Source: Monocercomonoides exilis PA203 (taxonomy: Eukaryota > Protista > Preaxostyla). From it: DNA of 64,000 nt. The stretch spans positions 1 to 64,000 of the forward strand of contig LSRY02000044.1 of assembly GCA_001643675.2 (NCBI GenBank), in the 5' to 3' direction. The position numbers and the translations under genes are program-made. Below the pieces are notes generated by a model that saw only the letters and a list, made by a program, of their open reading frames with translations, made no database searches and was not told where the DNA came from. This document shows, piece after piece, positions 43,815-58,800 of the stretch; the first letter of the stretch is position 1, and each line of letters opens with the position of its first letter.

Positions 43815-46800
43815 ACATTAACACCTCCTCCTTCTTCTTCTTATTCTCTTCCTCCTTCTTCTCTTTCTCCTTTCCCTCCTTCTTTCCCTTCTTCTTCTTC
43901 TTCCTCTTCTTCCTCTTCTTCCTCTTCTTCCTCTTCTTCCTCTTCTTCCTCTTCTTCCTCTTCTTCCTCTTCTTCCTCTTCCTCTTCCTCTCGCAAGCCC
44001 TTCTTCACCTGCGGCGTGCACACCTTCCGCCTTCTCCCCGACTCCATCTCTTTCCTCCTCTCCGCCAGCAACGCCAGCGAAATTCTCTCTCTTCCTTCTC
44101 TTCTCCCCTTCAACACCCTCCACGCCCCTTCTCCTCTTGTCGATTCTGCCGTCTGTTTGAAAAACACACTCACGCACACTCTCACTGACGTGCTCAAAAA
44201 GATGCTTTTTGTCCACACAAACCTCAGCAAACTGCTCGAAATGACTCCAATCTTGACTGTTTCGAATTCTTCGGCAGGAAATGGATCGGAGATTCGTATG
44301 GCGATGTCATCATTAACTTCATCGTCATCATCTTCTTCTCATTCTCCTTCTCCTTCTTCGTTTTCCTCTTCCTTAGCCACATCTTCTCTTTATCAATACA
44401 CCCCTCACCCTCCTTCATCAACATCAACATCTTCTTCTTCTTCTTCTGTCTCTTCCTCCTTTCCTTCTTTTCTTTCTGTTCAACCACGTCACTTCTCTGA
44501 ATATGCAGTCAACATCCCACCGATCTTCTTCGAGTTCTCAAAAACGATCCAAATGCTCGCAAAACGCGGCTTTTTCGTCCCTTCAAAGCTGTCTTCTCTG
44601 CTTTCTTCTCTTTTTCTCTCTGAAAACTCCAATGAAAAATCTTCTTCCAATCAAAATTTCAGATTAAATCCCGCTTTTTCCTCTCTCTTTCTCTCTCTCC
44701 GCGATTTGGGCAACAGCTCCCCGCACATCGTGAAGAAAGCGCTTGTTTTGAATGACTGGGCAGACAAGCTGCATTTTGTGCTGAAAGAAAGACAACATCT
44801 TCTCCAGTCCACACACCCGCGGGTGCTCCCCCTCTTCTTCCATCACTTTGGAATCCTCGAGTCGCTTCTGAGTGATGCTGCACACAGCATTTCGTGGCAG
44901 TCACTTGCAACTCCTCAGTTTGTTCTTCCCTTGTTTGTGGTTGGGTCGCATCTGAAGACGCTCTTCAAAAGAGTCAGCCAGCTCGTCACGCTGTGTGAAG
45001 GGGTGCTGTTGAATGTGGCAAGGGCGAAGCTGTTTGGGTTGAGAGGTTCATTTTCTTCTGTACCGGCACATGCTTCTTCTCCATCGGCTTCTCCATTCGC
45101 ATCTCCATTTGCGACTCCCTCACATTCTGCTGCCAACTTACCTTCTTCCTATTCATCCTCTTCCTCTGCTTCTTCTTCCCTCCCACCAAGCAATCTTCGT
45201 TCAGTCGGGCAGATGTTTGAGGCAGAAGAGAAAGACGTGTCGAAGGGCATATCTCATCTGGAGCAGCTTTCGCGACTCGCTCAGTCGCTTTTGGGGGAAG
45301 TCTTCCAGGAAGTGGTGATTGATCTGAACATGTACTATTTAGACAGGATGAGAAGGGCGCACGCAAACAAGAGGCATCTGCAGCTGTTGGCTGCACACAC
45401 AAGGGGAAAGATAAACAGAAGATTATCAACAGCTTATTTGTCGACTTGCTCAATGAAACAGATTCCGACTGCTTCTGCAAAAAGAATACAGACAGCGTTC
45501 AGTTCATCGCCAAAGAGAGAATTTGAAGGACAGACAAGAAGATATCAGTACGGAGCATCTCAATCAGCTAATTACTCTGAGCAATTTGTGGAGGAAAAGG
45601 AAAATGCTGATGCTGCTTATGAAAGCAACGAGACAAGACGTCCGATGCCTTCTGCTGTTCAGAATGGAAACAGCTTTCAATCAAATGATCCATCCACATC
45701 AGCTCATAACGCATTCACTGATTCTCAGATGCATTCATCTTTTGTAACTCCTCTTCCCAATCAGCATGCAAATGCTACTACTAATTCTTCATCCTTTTCA
45801 CCCTCCTCATCTTCTTCATTCGTCAAACCCTTTTTTGGCCCACCCGAAGTTCTGTCTGAGCTGAAGCAGCGTTTCGAATCCTTCTTTTCTGTCTATGCTC
45901 AGCTCTTCATTGATTCTGTGCACCATGCAATTCTCCGGTCTTTGGATGCCCTCGGAGCTTCTTTCTCTGTCGAGAACAATTTTTACACACGCACTCTGTT
46001 TGAAGAGTGGGCAAGCGATCAAAAGAATGACCTGCCTTTCATTGAACCCTCACCTTTCCCCTTTCCTTTCCCTCCGAATTCACATGCATCTCCACATGTT
46101 GTGTTGTATTCGGAGTTTCTCATGCCTCGCTTCCGCTTTGCGCCATCGTTCAGCGACGTGCAGGCTTCTTTAAATGCGCTTGTTTCGCATCTCTTTCATC
46201 ACCTGCACAGGCTGAGCAAATGGAATGCTGGCAGCTTTCTGACTGGCTGGGTATGTGTCGCTGCACTCAGCAAAAATGGAGCAAATGGCAGAGACGAAGA
46301 AGGAGCTGTTATTCCCACCCCGTCTCAAACAAACTTTGCTTCTCGCATTGCTGCTGATTCTCCTCTCCAAAGCGATTATCACTATGCCGAAGCTTCCCTC
46401 ACAAAAAGCAATGAAAGTGGAGCAGATGAAATGCATCCGCAGTTCTTTGTGGAGAACATGTGGCCTGAAAACCCGGCATTGCAGCTGATGCCTCATTATC
46501 GCACATTAAGTGTGGAAGAGTTGGGAGGTGAAGACAGCGTCGTTGAGGATGAAGAAATCGACTTGGACTCTTCCATTTGGGACGAATCGCCTCGGTTTGC
46601 GGGGGGTTTTGGGTGGGGCGGAGGAGAAGGAGAAGAAGGAGAAGGAGGCGATGAAGTTGAGGAAGGGGAAGCAGAAGACGAAAGAGAGAGGAGAGAAAGA
46701 AGAAGCAGCGGAAGAATGCGAAGCACAAGTTTTTCTGAGGGAAGAGAAGTTCCGAGATTGACTGATCAACAGCTCCAGACATTTGAGTGGAAGAGAATAA

Positions 46801-49800
46801 GCCTGACTCAGCTGCAGACAGCAGCGGAGTTTGGAATCAGCGCAGATGAACTGGCATCGAGTGGATGGGCAATTTTAGAGGACGAAAGCAACACAGGCAA
46901 AAATGCTCGTTCTGATATTAATCCAAGGGAGTGGAAGACAAACAGTGATGCGTATTCGTCTTCTTCGTTCTCCGAGGGCTCTTCTTCTTTCTATCAGAAC
47001 AATCCAAATGGCCCACGTTTTTCGTCTGTGTACCAATCCTCCACGAACATCCTGCCTATGCCCACACACCTGCCTCCTTCAGACTCAACCAGAAATCTTA
47101 ACAGCATTCCGCAGCTCGACAGGGCAGTCAGAGAAGAGATAAGAAATGCGACTCTTCAACAGGCAGCGAATGAAGGAGAGAAGGACAACTCGATCTGGCA
47201 GACGCTCTCTTTAAGCTATCCGCTCATTATGAAGGTGCTGAAGATCGCCAGTTTACTTCCAGCAGAAAAAGAGTATTCTGCTGTCCTGACAGAACGCTTC
47301 TCCATGTTTGATTTCCTGTGGACTTTCAACCCGTCAAGTGTGATGGACGAGCTCAGCTTTCTCACACATTCTCCAAAACACACAAGAGATCTGCCCACAA
47401 TCTTCGTTCCTGACTCTTTCGTGCGCAACAAAGCAGCAAATGGCTCTTTCTCATTGCTTTCAGAAGATTATGCAGGTGGTGCTGGTGGTACTGCCATCAA
47501 TGCAGAAGACGGCACTTCTCCATTGTCGTTTCATTCATCTCCTCCTTCTTCAAAGTCCACAACGCCAACCTCAACCTCGCCGCGCAGCACTTTTGATCAA
47601 AGATATCTTTCTGACTTTGCTTTCCGCCCTTCTTCAGTTGCCTCACAAATGTCCCCTTCTCCTTCTCCTCCATTCTCAACTTCAAACAACATTATTTCCA
47701 CTCGCCGCAACTCTGCTTTCTCCAGCACTGCCTCTCTTTCCTCTTCTCAGCCTTTCTATTTTGGATCACCAACCACTCAATCACTTTCATTAGCGCGTTC
47801 ACACACAACTTCAGCTGCATCTTCCTCTTCTTTTATCACACCCAGTTTGAGTGTTCATTCACTTTCACTGGCTTCGTCGCCTTCCCTTTCCACAATCGTG
47901 TCCTTGTCTGCACACGGAACAGAGTCTTCTGTGAGAAGAAGAGCATCACTCGCAAAGGAAGGCTCTCGCTCTTCTTTCTTCACATCTGCCCGGACAATCC
48001 AACAGTCTGTCGCTCGCAACTATCTGAGCAAGCTGCGATACGAAGCTAAACACACACTGCAGTTCCTGAAGACACCATTTTATCCATTCTCAATAATCGT
48101 CAGAGAGCAAGAAAGAGACGAAACATCGCCTGAGCTATTCAGACCGGATGAAATGCCTTACATTTGCTCGTTTTGCAACCAGCCCTTCGCATCTGCTGTG
48201 TCGCTCACGAACCATCTTCACGAAAAGGGCAACATTCATTCAGCACAAACGCTGTCGAGAATGTTTTTTGATGTGGAAGTGGAATACATCTCGCACTGCA
48301 TCAGAAGGCTGCTGGCTTGGAGAGAAGCTCTGTCGATTGTATATTTAGTGCTCTGTTGCTCGTACGCTTTCTTTGCTCCACTCAACATTCTGAAGAGCAG
48401 AGGACTGGCTGATGAAAAAATACATTCGGTTATCAGCAACGCATCTAATCTCCACTCTGCCTCGAATTATCTCCAAATGTTTGTAAACAGAAACAGAGGC
48501 AATTGGATGGCAACTGATTTCAGCGAGAAGTTTCAGTCTGGCATTGAAGCATCATCGCTGTACTCATCTGGAAATGTGTTGAATCCATATGCATCAAAAA
48601 GAGATGATGCAAGCAATTCACCATATTCAGGTTGGAAGAGCAATGGAAACTTGCTTCGTTCAGATACTTCAGGATTAATAAACACAGATTCATTACACGG
48701 TGTCATACAAAGCACATCTGCTTCTGGAATTGGTGGTGATTATTCCAATTATTCTTCATCTGCCTCTTCAATTTCGAGTGATGGAGAAACCATTCCCGAA
48801 CAGCTCATATCAAATCTTCTTGCTATCTTTGAGCCAATTCAAGTGTGCGGTTCAATGTGTATCTCGTTTGGTCTGATCATTCCTCGTTTTGTGGAGATTC
48901 TGAACAAGTGGCTGAGCGTGTTCACAGACAGGCTCGATGCAGAAATGCACATCAAACTGAATGAGTGGCTGGAAGAGCTCACAAACATGAAGCAGAGCGT
49001 GAGTGGATCGATCGAGTCGATTGAAGACCTCCAAAGGTTGGAAGAGGCATTTGTGGTACACCAGGAGAAGTCTGTGGATATTGACCTGGCGATGGAGAGC
49101 TTGAGACATGCTTATGCTGTGCTGATGAAGGACCCCACGAAGGACAGAAGCAAAACGCATGCACTGCTGACTGAGGTGATTTCGCTTTGGAACGACATGA
49201 AAACGTCCTTCGACGAATTCCGCAATTCACTCGAGTCGAAGCAAGCGCAGCTGGCTGAGCATGTTATTCGCTATCAGGAAGAGTTTCTGTCTGGGATGAA
49301 AGTGCTGATGGACGATGTGACGACTGTTGAACCTGCCTTCCATCGGGTTGATCTCGACCCTCTGAAACAAGCAGAAACAGCGGGGCAGTATTGCCAGCAG
49401 CTCGATGAAAAACTCACAAAGCTGAAGGAGCTGAATGCAAACGAGGCTCTTCTCAATCTGCCGCAGACTACATCAGCACAGCTGACAACGGAAAATAACA
49501 AAATGCAATATGCACGCAACTTGTTTGACTTGTACAACGAGTTCAAGCAGTGGGAGAGTACAATCTCCAACACCCGCTTTGAACGAGGGGCATATGCATC
49601 TCTTGTTGATCAGCTGAACATCTACTTCATTCGCCTGCATGATGTTCAGGAGATGAAGCCGAAGGACGAGAAGCCGCTTGAGATTTCGAGTGTGTTTGAG
49701 AACGAGTTGGATGAAGTGAAGCGGCACTTCAATGCGCTCTCTGCGATCGATCCGTCACAGCTGCGCAGCCGCCACTGGGCGCAGATTGGGCAGATGGTTG

Positions 49801-52800
49801 GGTCTCTGCAGCTGCAGGACAACGACCAGGCACCCACACTGGGCACGCTGATCAAAGCAGACATCACTGGAATCACTGAGAAGATCGACAGGATGCTGCC
49901 GGATGTGATTGGCGAGTACACAATCGAGTCAGAAATAGCTCTGATTCAAAAGCGCTGGTCTTGTTTGAGGTTCGAGTTTGAGTTTTCGAAGGGTAAAGGC
50001 AAAATCATCACACAAAAATCATGTATACGTGCGATGGAAGAGGCCAACCATTCGCTGACTGTTCTGTCGCAGCTTCTGTCCAGCAAGAACAGCGCTGTCT
50101 TCTCATCACTAATTTCTGAGTGGACGGTGCTTCTCAAACACATCCCTGCGCAAATTGAGCTGCTGATCGCAACACAAAACATGTTCCAGCTGCTTCACAA
50201 GTTCTTCTGGTCGACTTCAGTTGCGAACGACTTGCCAACTGAAACGCGGCTGTTTGAGAAGTGCGAAACGGACTGGATGAAGATGCTTGTCCGCATCGAG
50301 CGCAAGTCGCTTGTTGCGCGCTGCCTGGCGAATGGAGAGTATGTCTCCAATGCGCTGCCCCAGCTGCACGAGAACCTTATCGCCTGTAAGGAGAAGATAC
50401 ATCCGTATCTGCAGAAGAAGCAGGAGGCGTTTCCTCGGCTGTTCTTTCTGACGGAAGAGGAAATCATCAAAGGTCTGTCATTCACCACAAACGTGGATGA
50501 TCTCATTCCAGAGCTTCAGCGTCTGTTTCCTCATCTGCTGTCTATTCGTGTTGCCTCATCGGATTCAATGAAAGGTCATATGCACTCACCCACATTCGAC
50601 ACAGCATATGCTCTTCCACGTGGAAGATGGGCAGGAAAGGGAAACGACGAGCAAAACAACAAAAACAAGAGCAGACGCAATTCAAAGAGGATGAGAAAAG
50701 AAGGAGAAGGTCTTCAAAGATCTGCTTCTTTTTCTGCGTTTGATGGAGAAAATGCATTCGGTTTCGGTTTAATAAATCAAAGGAGTCAACAAGAATTGTC
50801 AGACGATAACAGAACAAGAAATGGAGACAACTTTTATGCAGATCATGCGAATCCATTCGGCCTGACTCATTCACGCTCCATGGATTCTCTATTCAACGAT
50901 GGCGAAAACAGGAATAACACTTCAAATTTCAACCAATCGCCAGACCGCAGCATGTCCTCAATCTCTCTTTCGTCTGTTTCATCTTCAGACTCTTTTGGCT
51001 CTTTTCCTGGAGCACATCTGTATGCTCCTGACAATGATGCAACATCTGTGGCTGATCCGGACTTGAACGAATTTGACCATCTGCCGCGCTTTCTGCTCTG
51101 CCCTCCGTCGATCCAGCAAAGAAAAGCTATTCAACAAACAGACACACTTGCCACATTTAACTCTCATACAAGAAGCAAATTCCCATTGAGAGATGCTTCA
51201 GAGAGATCGCGCAAGGGTCTTCAATCAAGGAACAGAGGATCCCAAAGATACGTCACAGATACCACGCCTCATTCAGACGATTCTTCGCGGTTTAGAAAAC
51301 AAAATGATTCAGACAGCCATTTCCAGACAGTTTCTTCTATCTCCAAAAGTGGCCAGTCACAGCAGAGCGGAGAACGAATGATCGACCAACAGACAGCGCA
51401 AAAGAGAAGAGCAATGCAAAACTACCCGATGCGCTCTCCAATGCCAACACCTGATTTGACCAGTGAAATGGACACAGTCGATCTATCTACTATCACAGCA
51501 CGCGATGCAGGGGTTGCAAGAACGGCGACTCCGCAGTCATTTTGGACTCAATCATCCAAAGTGCTTTCTGACATGTCGGGAAATGTTGGGGGTCCAACAG
51601 CAGCAGCAGCAGCATCAGGTGAAACAGACATTGATGACAACTTTGAGCAAAGCAGCGATGAAGACTTTGATTTCTCGACTTTCCTCAATAAGGAGAAGGA
51701 AAGGAAAAGAAGGAGAAGGAGAAGGAGAAAGAACAGAAGAAGGAAAAGGAACGAGAGAGGAGGGATTAACCACAAGCACAGAAAAAACACAAGATCAGAT
51801 GAAGAGCAACTTCGAAATGCAGAAGAGGGCAGTGGAATGATGATGCAGGATTACCACGAGCATTTGGATATGCACCCTCTTCTGCTTTTTGAAGGCAAAG
51901 ACAACGATTCTTCATACTATTCCTATGAAACCGATGAAAATCTATCTGAAGGAGGATATTATGATCAATCCAATGAATATGATGATAGCGAATATGAATC
52001 AGATGAAAGCGACGAAGAAGAAAGGGATGAAAAGCCAACATACCTCAATGAATATGGAAGCAACAGAAGGAAGAAGTATCATTTTGGTGATTCAGTTTCA
52101 CCATATTCTGCGATGGAGCACAGACACAGACGAGAAAGAGGGCAGCAGACAGTGTTTGTGACAGATGTGATTGGCCCGCTGAAGGAAGAGCTGCCATTTT
52201 TGATCTCTGTCCCGTTCATTCCGGGAGACGACCTCACAAACTTCTACACACAGCTGGAAACATCGATGCGCCAGTCAGTCAATCATCTTGTGATTGAAGC
52301 AACAGTCAAGCTCTATCGCATGTTCTACACAAAGAAAGTGACAAATCCTGTTCGAAGGAAGCTTCTCGCCCAGAAAGAGAAGCAGCGCCTGAGCCAACTC
52401 GAGATTCAGACAGAGTCTTTCACGAAAGTGCTGGGAAAGTCAGAGAAGAATAAAGCAAGAAAACAGAGAGAAATTGAATCTGATAAAGAACACCAAATTC
52501 TGTTGGGTGATCCATTTGAACGACAAACTGGTACAAACGAGAGTTATGAGCAAAGCACATCGTTTTCTGTATCTTCTTCATCTTCATCTTCAGCATCATC
52601 GCCTTCTTCTTCTCAGCAACAGTCAAAGTCATCAAAGCATGAATTCCTTCCGCTTGTGCGTGTGGGTGAAGGAAACTTGATTGATGCCATTTTGGCTGTC
52701 TGTGACCGCACAGCTTTTCGAGTGTATTACGAGCGGTTTCCGAGAGTCGCGGCGTTTGTGCGATCAACCATCGCACAGTCGTGTTTCTTTGCTTTTTCTT

Positions 52801-55800
52801 CTCTGCTGTTCAGCCTCATATTCCAGGCACTGGTTGAAATTGCAGATTTCATTCAAGAAGTGGACAAGTCTGATGAACATCTGAAGACTTTGGATACAAC
52901 TTTTGTGAAGGCATCTGGCAACTATCCAGATACCAAATATTCTGCTGCTTCAGAAATGCCAATTCCGTCGAGTCCGTCTCTTTCAACAGAACCATCCAGA
53001 CAGTCCTTAAAGCAGCTATCTTCAGCCTTTTCAATATCACCAGAGCTGGAACGAACACGAATTTCTATTTCGACAAATATTCGGATGCTCCGCAGAGAGC
53101 TGTATGAAGATATCACAGCCATCCGCTCGTTTCTGGCCAGCAATCTCTGTGCACTTGACCGCATCAAAGGAGAATCAATGCTTGCCAGCTCTCTTTTCTC
53201 TCTTTCTACACTCGATCTGCTGCTGATTGCAATGAAAGACTACACTGTGCTGGGATTGCTGATCAACTGTGTTCCTCACTACATCATCCAGACCACGCCA
53301 TACACCATTGAGCTTGTTCAGATGGTGTATCCACATCTTTTGGAGCTCGAAGACGGAGCACCTGGTGAGAATGGTGAGCCAAACCCACTTTTACCATTCT
53401 TGCGCAATCCAGCTGAGTGTGTTCCTCATCCACCCTCAGCATCTCCTCTGATGCCAGACATATCTCTCCACATAGGCAACCACGCCATTCCGTATGGATG
53501 TGATTATTTGGGTCACACAACTGCAGAGATTGACATGTGGTATGGCATCATTCCGGCAACACCAGCATTCAACAAGTTCCAAAATGAGGTCGAAGATGAG
53601 TCGATTTTCTTCCTGCGCACGGCAGAATTCAGATCGACATTTGCATCAAATTTAGCTTCGCTTTATCCGTCTGCCAATTCATCTAGCGAGCGAAGCGATC
53701 TCCGTTCTGATACACTTACCTCTGATTCATATGCGACTGATGCTATTAACTCTGGACTCTTGCCATCGGTTCCCAGTTTAGGAGGATCTGCATATCAACA
53801 AGCTGCCATTCCCTTGCCTTCCACTCCATCATCTCCTTATTCAAGCTCATCTTCATCTTCAATGGGCTCTTCAGCATCTTCCAGCAACTCCATCTTCAAT
53901 GCAGCACTGGGCGAAGTGAAGTACCCTAATTCAGTGTGTACTGTACTTATGGCAGACTCCGGGCAGTCAATCAAAGACCATCTCAACCAAATGTGCTGCC
54001 TGTGCGGAAAGATCATGTTTTGTGTTGATTTTTCACCGGAAACACATCCGGTGAAAACTATCCTGAGGTTCATCAGGGGAGTTGTTGGAGGTGGAGTTTG
54101 GGGTGTGATGCGAGGGTTTTTCAGACTGAACATTTCAACACAGGAATATCTTGCTTCTCTGATAAACAATGCAGTTGTAGCTGTTGTTGAGGGACAAGCA
54201 AGAACACACATAACGAACGATATCATCACTCCTATAAAAGCTGGATTCCACTTCTTCTGCTGCGGGTTTATCAACGCAAACGATGTGGTCCTGCCACCAG
54301 TGATACGTGCTCGCTTCAGGAACATCCATCTTATCACAGCTGATCCTGCATTTGAACTGTACTCTCATCTGCTGCTCAGCGGCTTTTCGTATGCAACACA
54401 TCTTTCTCGGCGTGCCATGTTCTTCTGTGACTCATTGGCGAAGGCAACAAGACTGAGCACTGACCACATGCGATGCACACTTTCTGCACTGGGGAAGATC
54501 AGCGGTGCAATGTTGAACACAGTTGTGAGGCAGTTCATTGAACCTTTGCTTCAGAATGGTTCTCCGAAGGATTTGTCGTCGCATCCAGTTTTTTCATACG
54601 TTGACTCAGATAGAGATTCATTGATAGTGTTTAATGAGCAGACAGCACGTTCATCAGCTCTTCAGAACTTGAATGAACAATCTTTGGCACCTGCGTCGTA
54701 TTCATCTTCTTCTCCTTCTTCTTCGAATACCCCATCTTCTTTAGTAATGTCTGAAACTGCAGCTTCACCAGCTTATTCGCAGCAAAATCCGACAAATGGC
54801 AATATTCTTTCTCCTTCTTCTTTGCCTTCAAATGAATTGACCAGTTCTGATTCACCGTTTGTTCCTATTGATTCAATCGATGATTCTTCGCAAGTATTGT
54901 TTCCTTCTCCGTCAGCTCCACCAACTTTGGATTCTGATGTTGCAATGATACTTGATGTGCTGCACACAGCATTGAGAAGATCTTCACAGGTCCATCTGAA
55001 CAATGCTTTGAGACACGAGCGACTTCAATTTTTGGTGGAGTGTTTAACAGTTGCTGCTTACATGACTCACGTTACACGATTTTCACTGCAGGAAACAGAC
55101 GAGCCGATCTTCAACTCGATCGTACAAAATGTGTTTCCTGAAGTGGCTTCGTTTCTGATTCCGAATAAACTAATTGCTCGCTCCTTTTCATCAACTGACA
55201 GGAGTGAAGACAAGTCCATCTTAAGTCAAATCCAAGATCTGGATTTGGGCAGAATCGACACATTCTTCACAAAATCTCTTGCATCTTCGGCTTTTCGTCT
55301 GTCGATGTCGTTGATTGTTGTGTCACCACATGCTCCTGCTATCATCTCAGCATTGAAACAGCGAGATTTGCTATCACTTACAAGCAATCCATCTGAAAAC
55401 AAGGAAGAGGACGGAAGCGAAGAAATTAGCAGCATCGAAGAAGATGGAATATTTAGTGCTGACGAAGAAGAGGGCACGAGCATTTATGGTGAAGGAAGTG
55501 AAGACAACGAAATGTTTCACGAAGAAAGAAATGACATTTATGGAAGAGAGAGGATCATTTACAATCAGGAAGGTACTTTGGCAAACAGACAAACATTCGT
55601 TGATTGCAGGCTTCCGCTTGACACGCCAAGATACACAAGATTTCGTTATGTTCAGCTTGGCCACAGCACAGCGCTTCATGCAGCACTCCGGAACACGAAA
55701 ATGAATGGCCAAGGAATGCTAGCTGCAACTGAAGGAATGAACGAAACTGATCCTGGGGCGATGGGGAATGAAGGAATGAGAAGCGATGGAGAGAACTTTA

Positions 55801-58800
55801 ATGGGCAAATGCGGTTCAATAATGCAAATAATAACGCCTCTTTGATGTCTGAAACCCGCTCGCGAGCTGATTCACGTCTGGAGCATTTGGATTATTCGAC
55901 ATTTTCTGGAGATGCCTACAGCCAATATTCGAACAATTCACTTAGCAGTGGCAGTTCAAGTAGTGACCCGCATAACTTCACTTCTCGATGGGGAAAAGAA
56001 AGCCAAAAGAGAGCATATAACTTTGAATTAATTGGTGCTGGAAATGCAGTGCCTAAGTTTTTCAAACGCTCATCTAACGATCCATTAAATGATACTGAAG
56101 AAAAAGAGATGAAAACATCAGCAATCAAAGATGAGGCTACTGAGATGAAGAATAAATCACAAATGGAAATGAAAAGCGCGCTTTCTTCTGAAGAAGGCAA
56201 AACCGATTCGATTGAAGGGAGTCAACAAGGAAATGCAAGCAGTGCTGTGGAGAACAAGCCGTTGCCTTCGATCAGACATGTGTCTCAATTCGATCAGGAT
56301 CCATACAACACATTTTTCAGCAAGTCTCCTTTTTATCCGCAGAAATTGACAGACGTTTCAGCCGAAAAGTTTCTGGATGTGTTTGGGAAAGGCGAGCCTC
56401 AGCTGTGCAACTCCCTTTTATCGCTTGTGTCAAAAGTTGTTCAGCTGTACAGAATCATCCACAACCCTCTCCACACCGCTCCTTTGCGTGCTGGCTCCAT
56501 CCCTTCGCTTGGGCCTGTGGCTGTTGTTGGACCGCCTGGTGCTGGAAAATCGCTCGTGATTTCGACTTTGGCACGAGCACAGACACTTTCGGGAATTCCA
56601 ACAAGGATCATCCGCGTCAACCCTGCAACTCTGACATCGAAGCAGCTGTTTGGTGGATTTGATTCGACAGTTGTTCAGAGCAACCAAGATTCTATCTCAG
56701 GAGATAAAAAGAAGGAAGCGGCAGTTTACCATTCAGGCCTAGTGTCAACGGCACTCGCACAAGTTGAAGCGTCGCATGCTGCAAGACTGAAATACTTCCA
56801 GTCGATACAAAAGAAGATGCTTCGTCCTTTAAATGGATCAATGAGATCAGATGGAAATGGAGAATTCACTCATTATTATGGACAAAAGAATAATCAGATA
56901 AAATCGTTAAGTCATTTAAATTCACCTAGCAAATATCAAAACTCCACATTTAACTATGAAATTGAAGAAAACAATATTGAAATGAATGGAATAAGACTGA
57001 CAAACAGAGTGCAAGCTCAACGTTTTGATCAAATTCCAGTTGGATCTCCTCAAAGTTCTGCTTCATACAACACCAGAGGAATGTCAGAAGCAGAATCGCA
57101 GAGAAGGGCAACTTCTCCGATGACCGTCACAACGGCAGGAATGGGCGACAGCGCAGACAACTGGCACTCGTTTGATTCAAATGCTTTTAAATACGAATGG
57201 AAGACTCCTCATTCGATGGCTCGTGGGTCATTCGACTTGCAGAGCGAGGTGAAGAACTCTTCTTCTCTCACATACTCTGTTGACGGACAGCAAAAGCAGA
57301 TGTCCTACGAATCTCCTCAGGAGGCAATCGATCCAGAAGGACCAACATTTACTAAGCCTGCACCACCTGTCAGAAGACATAAGCATAAGAGCGTTCAAAA
57401 TCGTCCTGGGGCAAAGAACGCTCAACGTTTGATGAACAGCAGCGCAATAAAAGAGCGCAAACAGAATGCAAATAATCTTTCTCATTTTTCTGAAGAAGTC
57501 TTTTTGGTGTTTGATGTTACGGCAAGCTCAAACCACACCACGTCTCTTCTGGCAGACATTGCTCATTCCTATCAGACAACACCTATGACACGGAATGACA
57601 TGAAAAAGAACTTTAAGTCTGTGCCACCTCAGTTGCAATGGATAATTCAATACGATCCGCTTTTCACACGAAGCAACAGAATCCAATCTGCAATTATGAG
57701 TGAATTTCTTTTGAAAGAGCACGAGTCATTGACTGACCTGAAAGTGGAGTCTTCATTGAATCAGATCTACTCAAAAATACTTGGCTGCGAGCCTCCTCCG
57801 CCTCTGATCCTGAAGCAAAAGTACCTTCGGGGCATTCTTTTGGGAGAGCCGTGGAAAAGATCAAGCAGCGAGATGGATGATGCCACTGGGGGAAATGTCG
57901 ACCTGACTACGAGTTACGGTGTGCAGAGACTGGAAGAGCTGCTCAACTCCATTTCTCCACTGTCGTTGCAACCAGACGAAATGAGTCTTCAGCTTTCGAC
58001 GATGTCACTCGAAGAGCTGCTGCAAGTTTTAGAGGCTTCAGAAATGGACAGAACTGGGTTTGTTCTGTCGAACATGAAGAAAATCAAGATTCCACCAAAT
58101 GTGCGAATTATCATTGAAACAGACTCTTTGGACAACTTCCCTCCATCAGCACTGCAGCGCATACAAACACTGAGAGTTCCACCTTCTTTGCTTTCTTTCA
58201 CTCGTCCAGCGTTGAATATCATTGAGCTCGGGCCATTTCATCAGTTTGGTGTGGGGCTGTTTCAACATATTTACAAAGTTATTACAACGCAGCTTGCAAT
58301 GAAGGCGGCTCCTTCAACAGAAGGAAGAAAGTACTCGGAGTTGATTGACCAGTTGTATCGTCTAACAACTGAATCATCTGGGTTTATTGCTTCTCTGATG
58401 TTGGAGTGTGGGCAGTGGATGCGAAGATATTTTAACACTTTCCAGACAAAAGATCACGTTTTGACAGGAGGAAAAGGAAGGTCTAAAGTGTTCATTCCAG
58501 GACAGCATTGGACACACGAGTCACACATTGCATTTGAAGAATACGAAAATGGAATGAAGCCAGAATCCGAAGCCAACTGTGCGAGAGGCACTGATGGATC
58601 GCCAATGTACAAGTCACCTGCACAGATACTGCTGGAATGCTTTGACAGAGACGAGCTGCATTACGATCAAGTTCTAATGGCAATAACAGACAACGTACTC
58701 GCTCTATTTCAGGCGCAGCTGGACTTTCTTCTTTCATCTCTGTTTGTTGGAATTAAAGAAGTTGCCGGCTACAAGAAACAGAAGAAACACAGATCAAAGA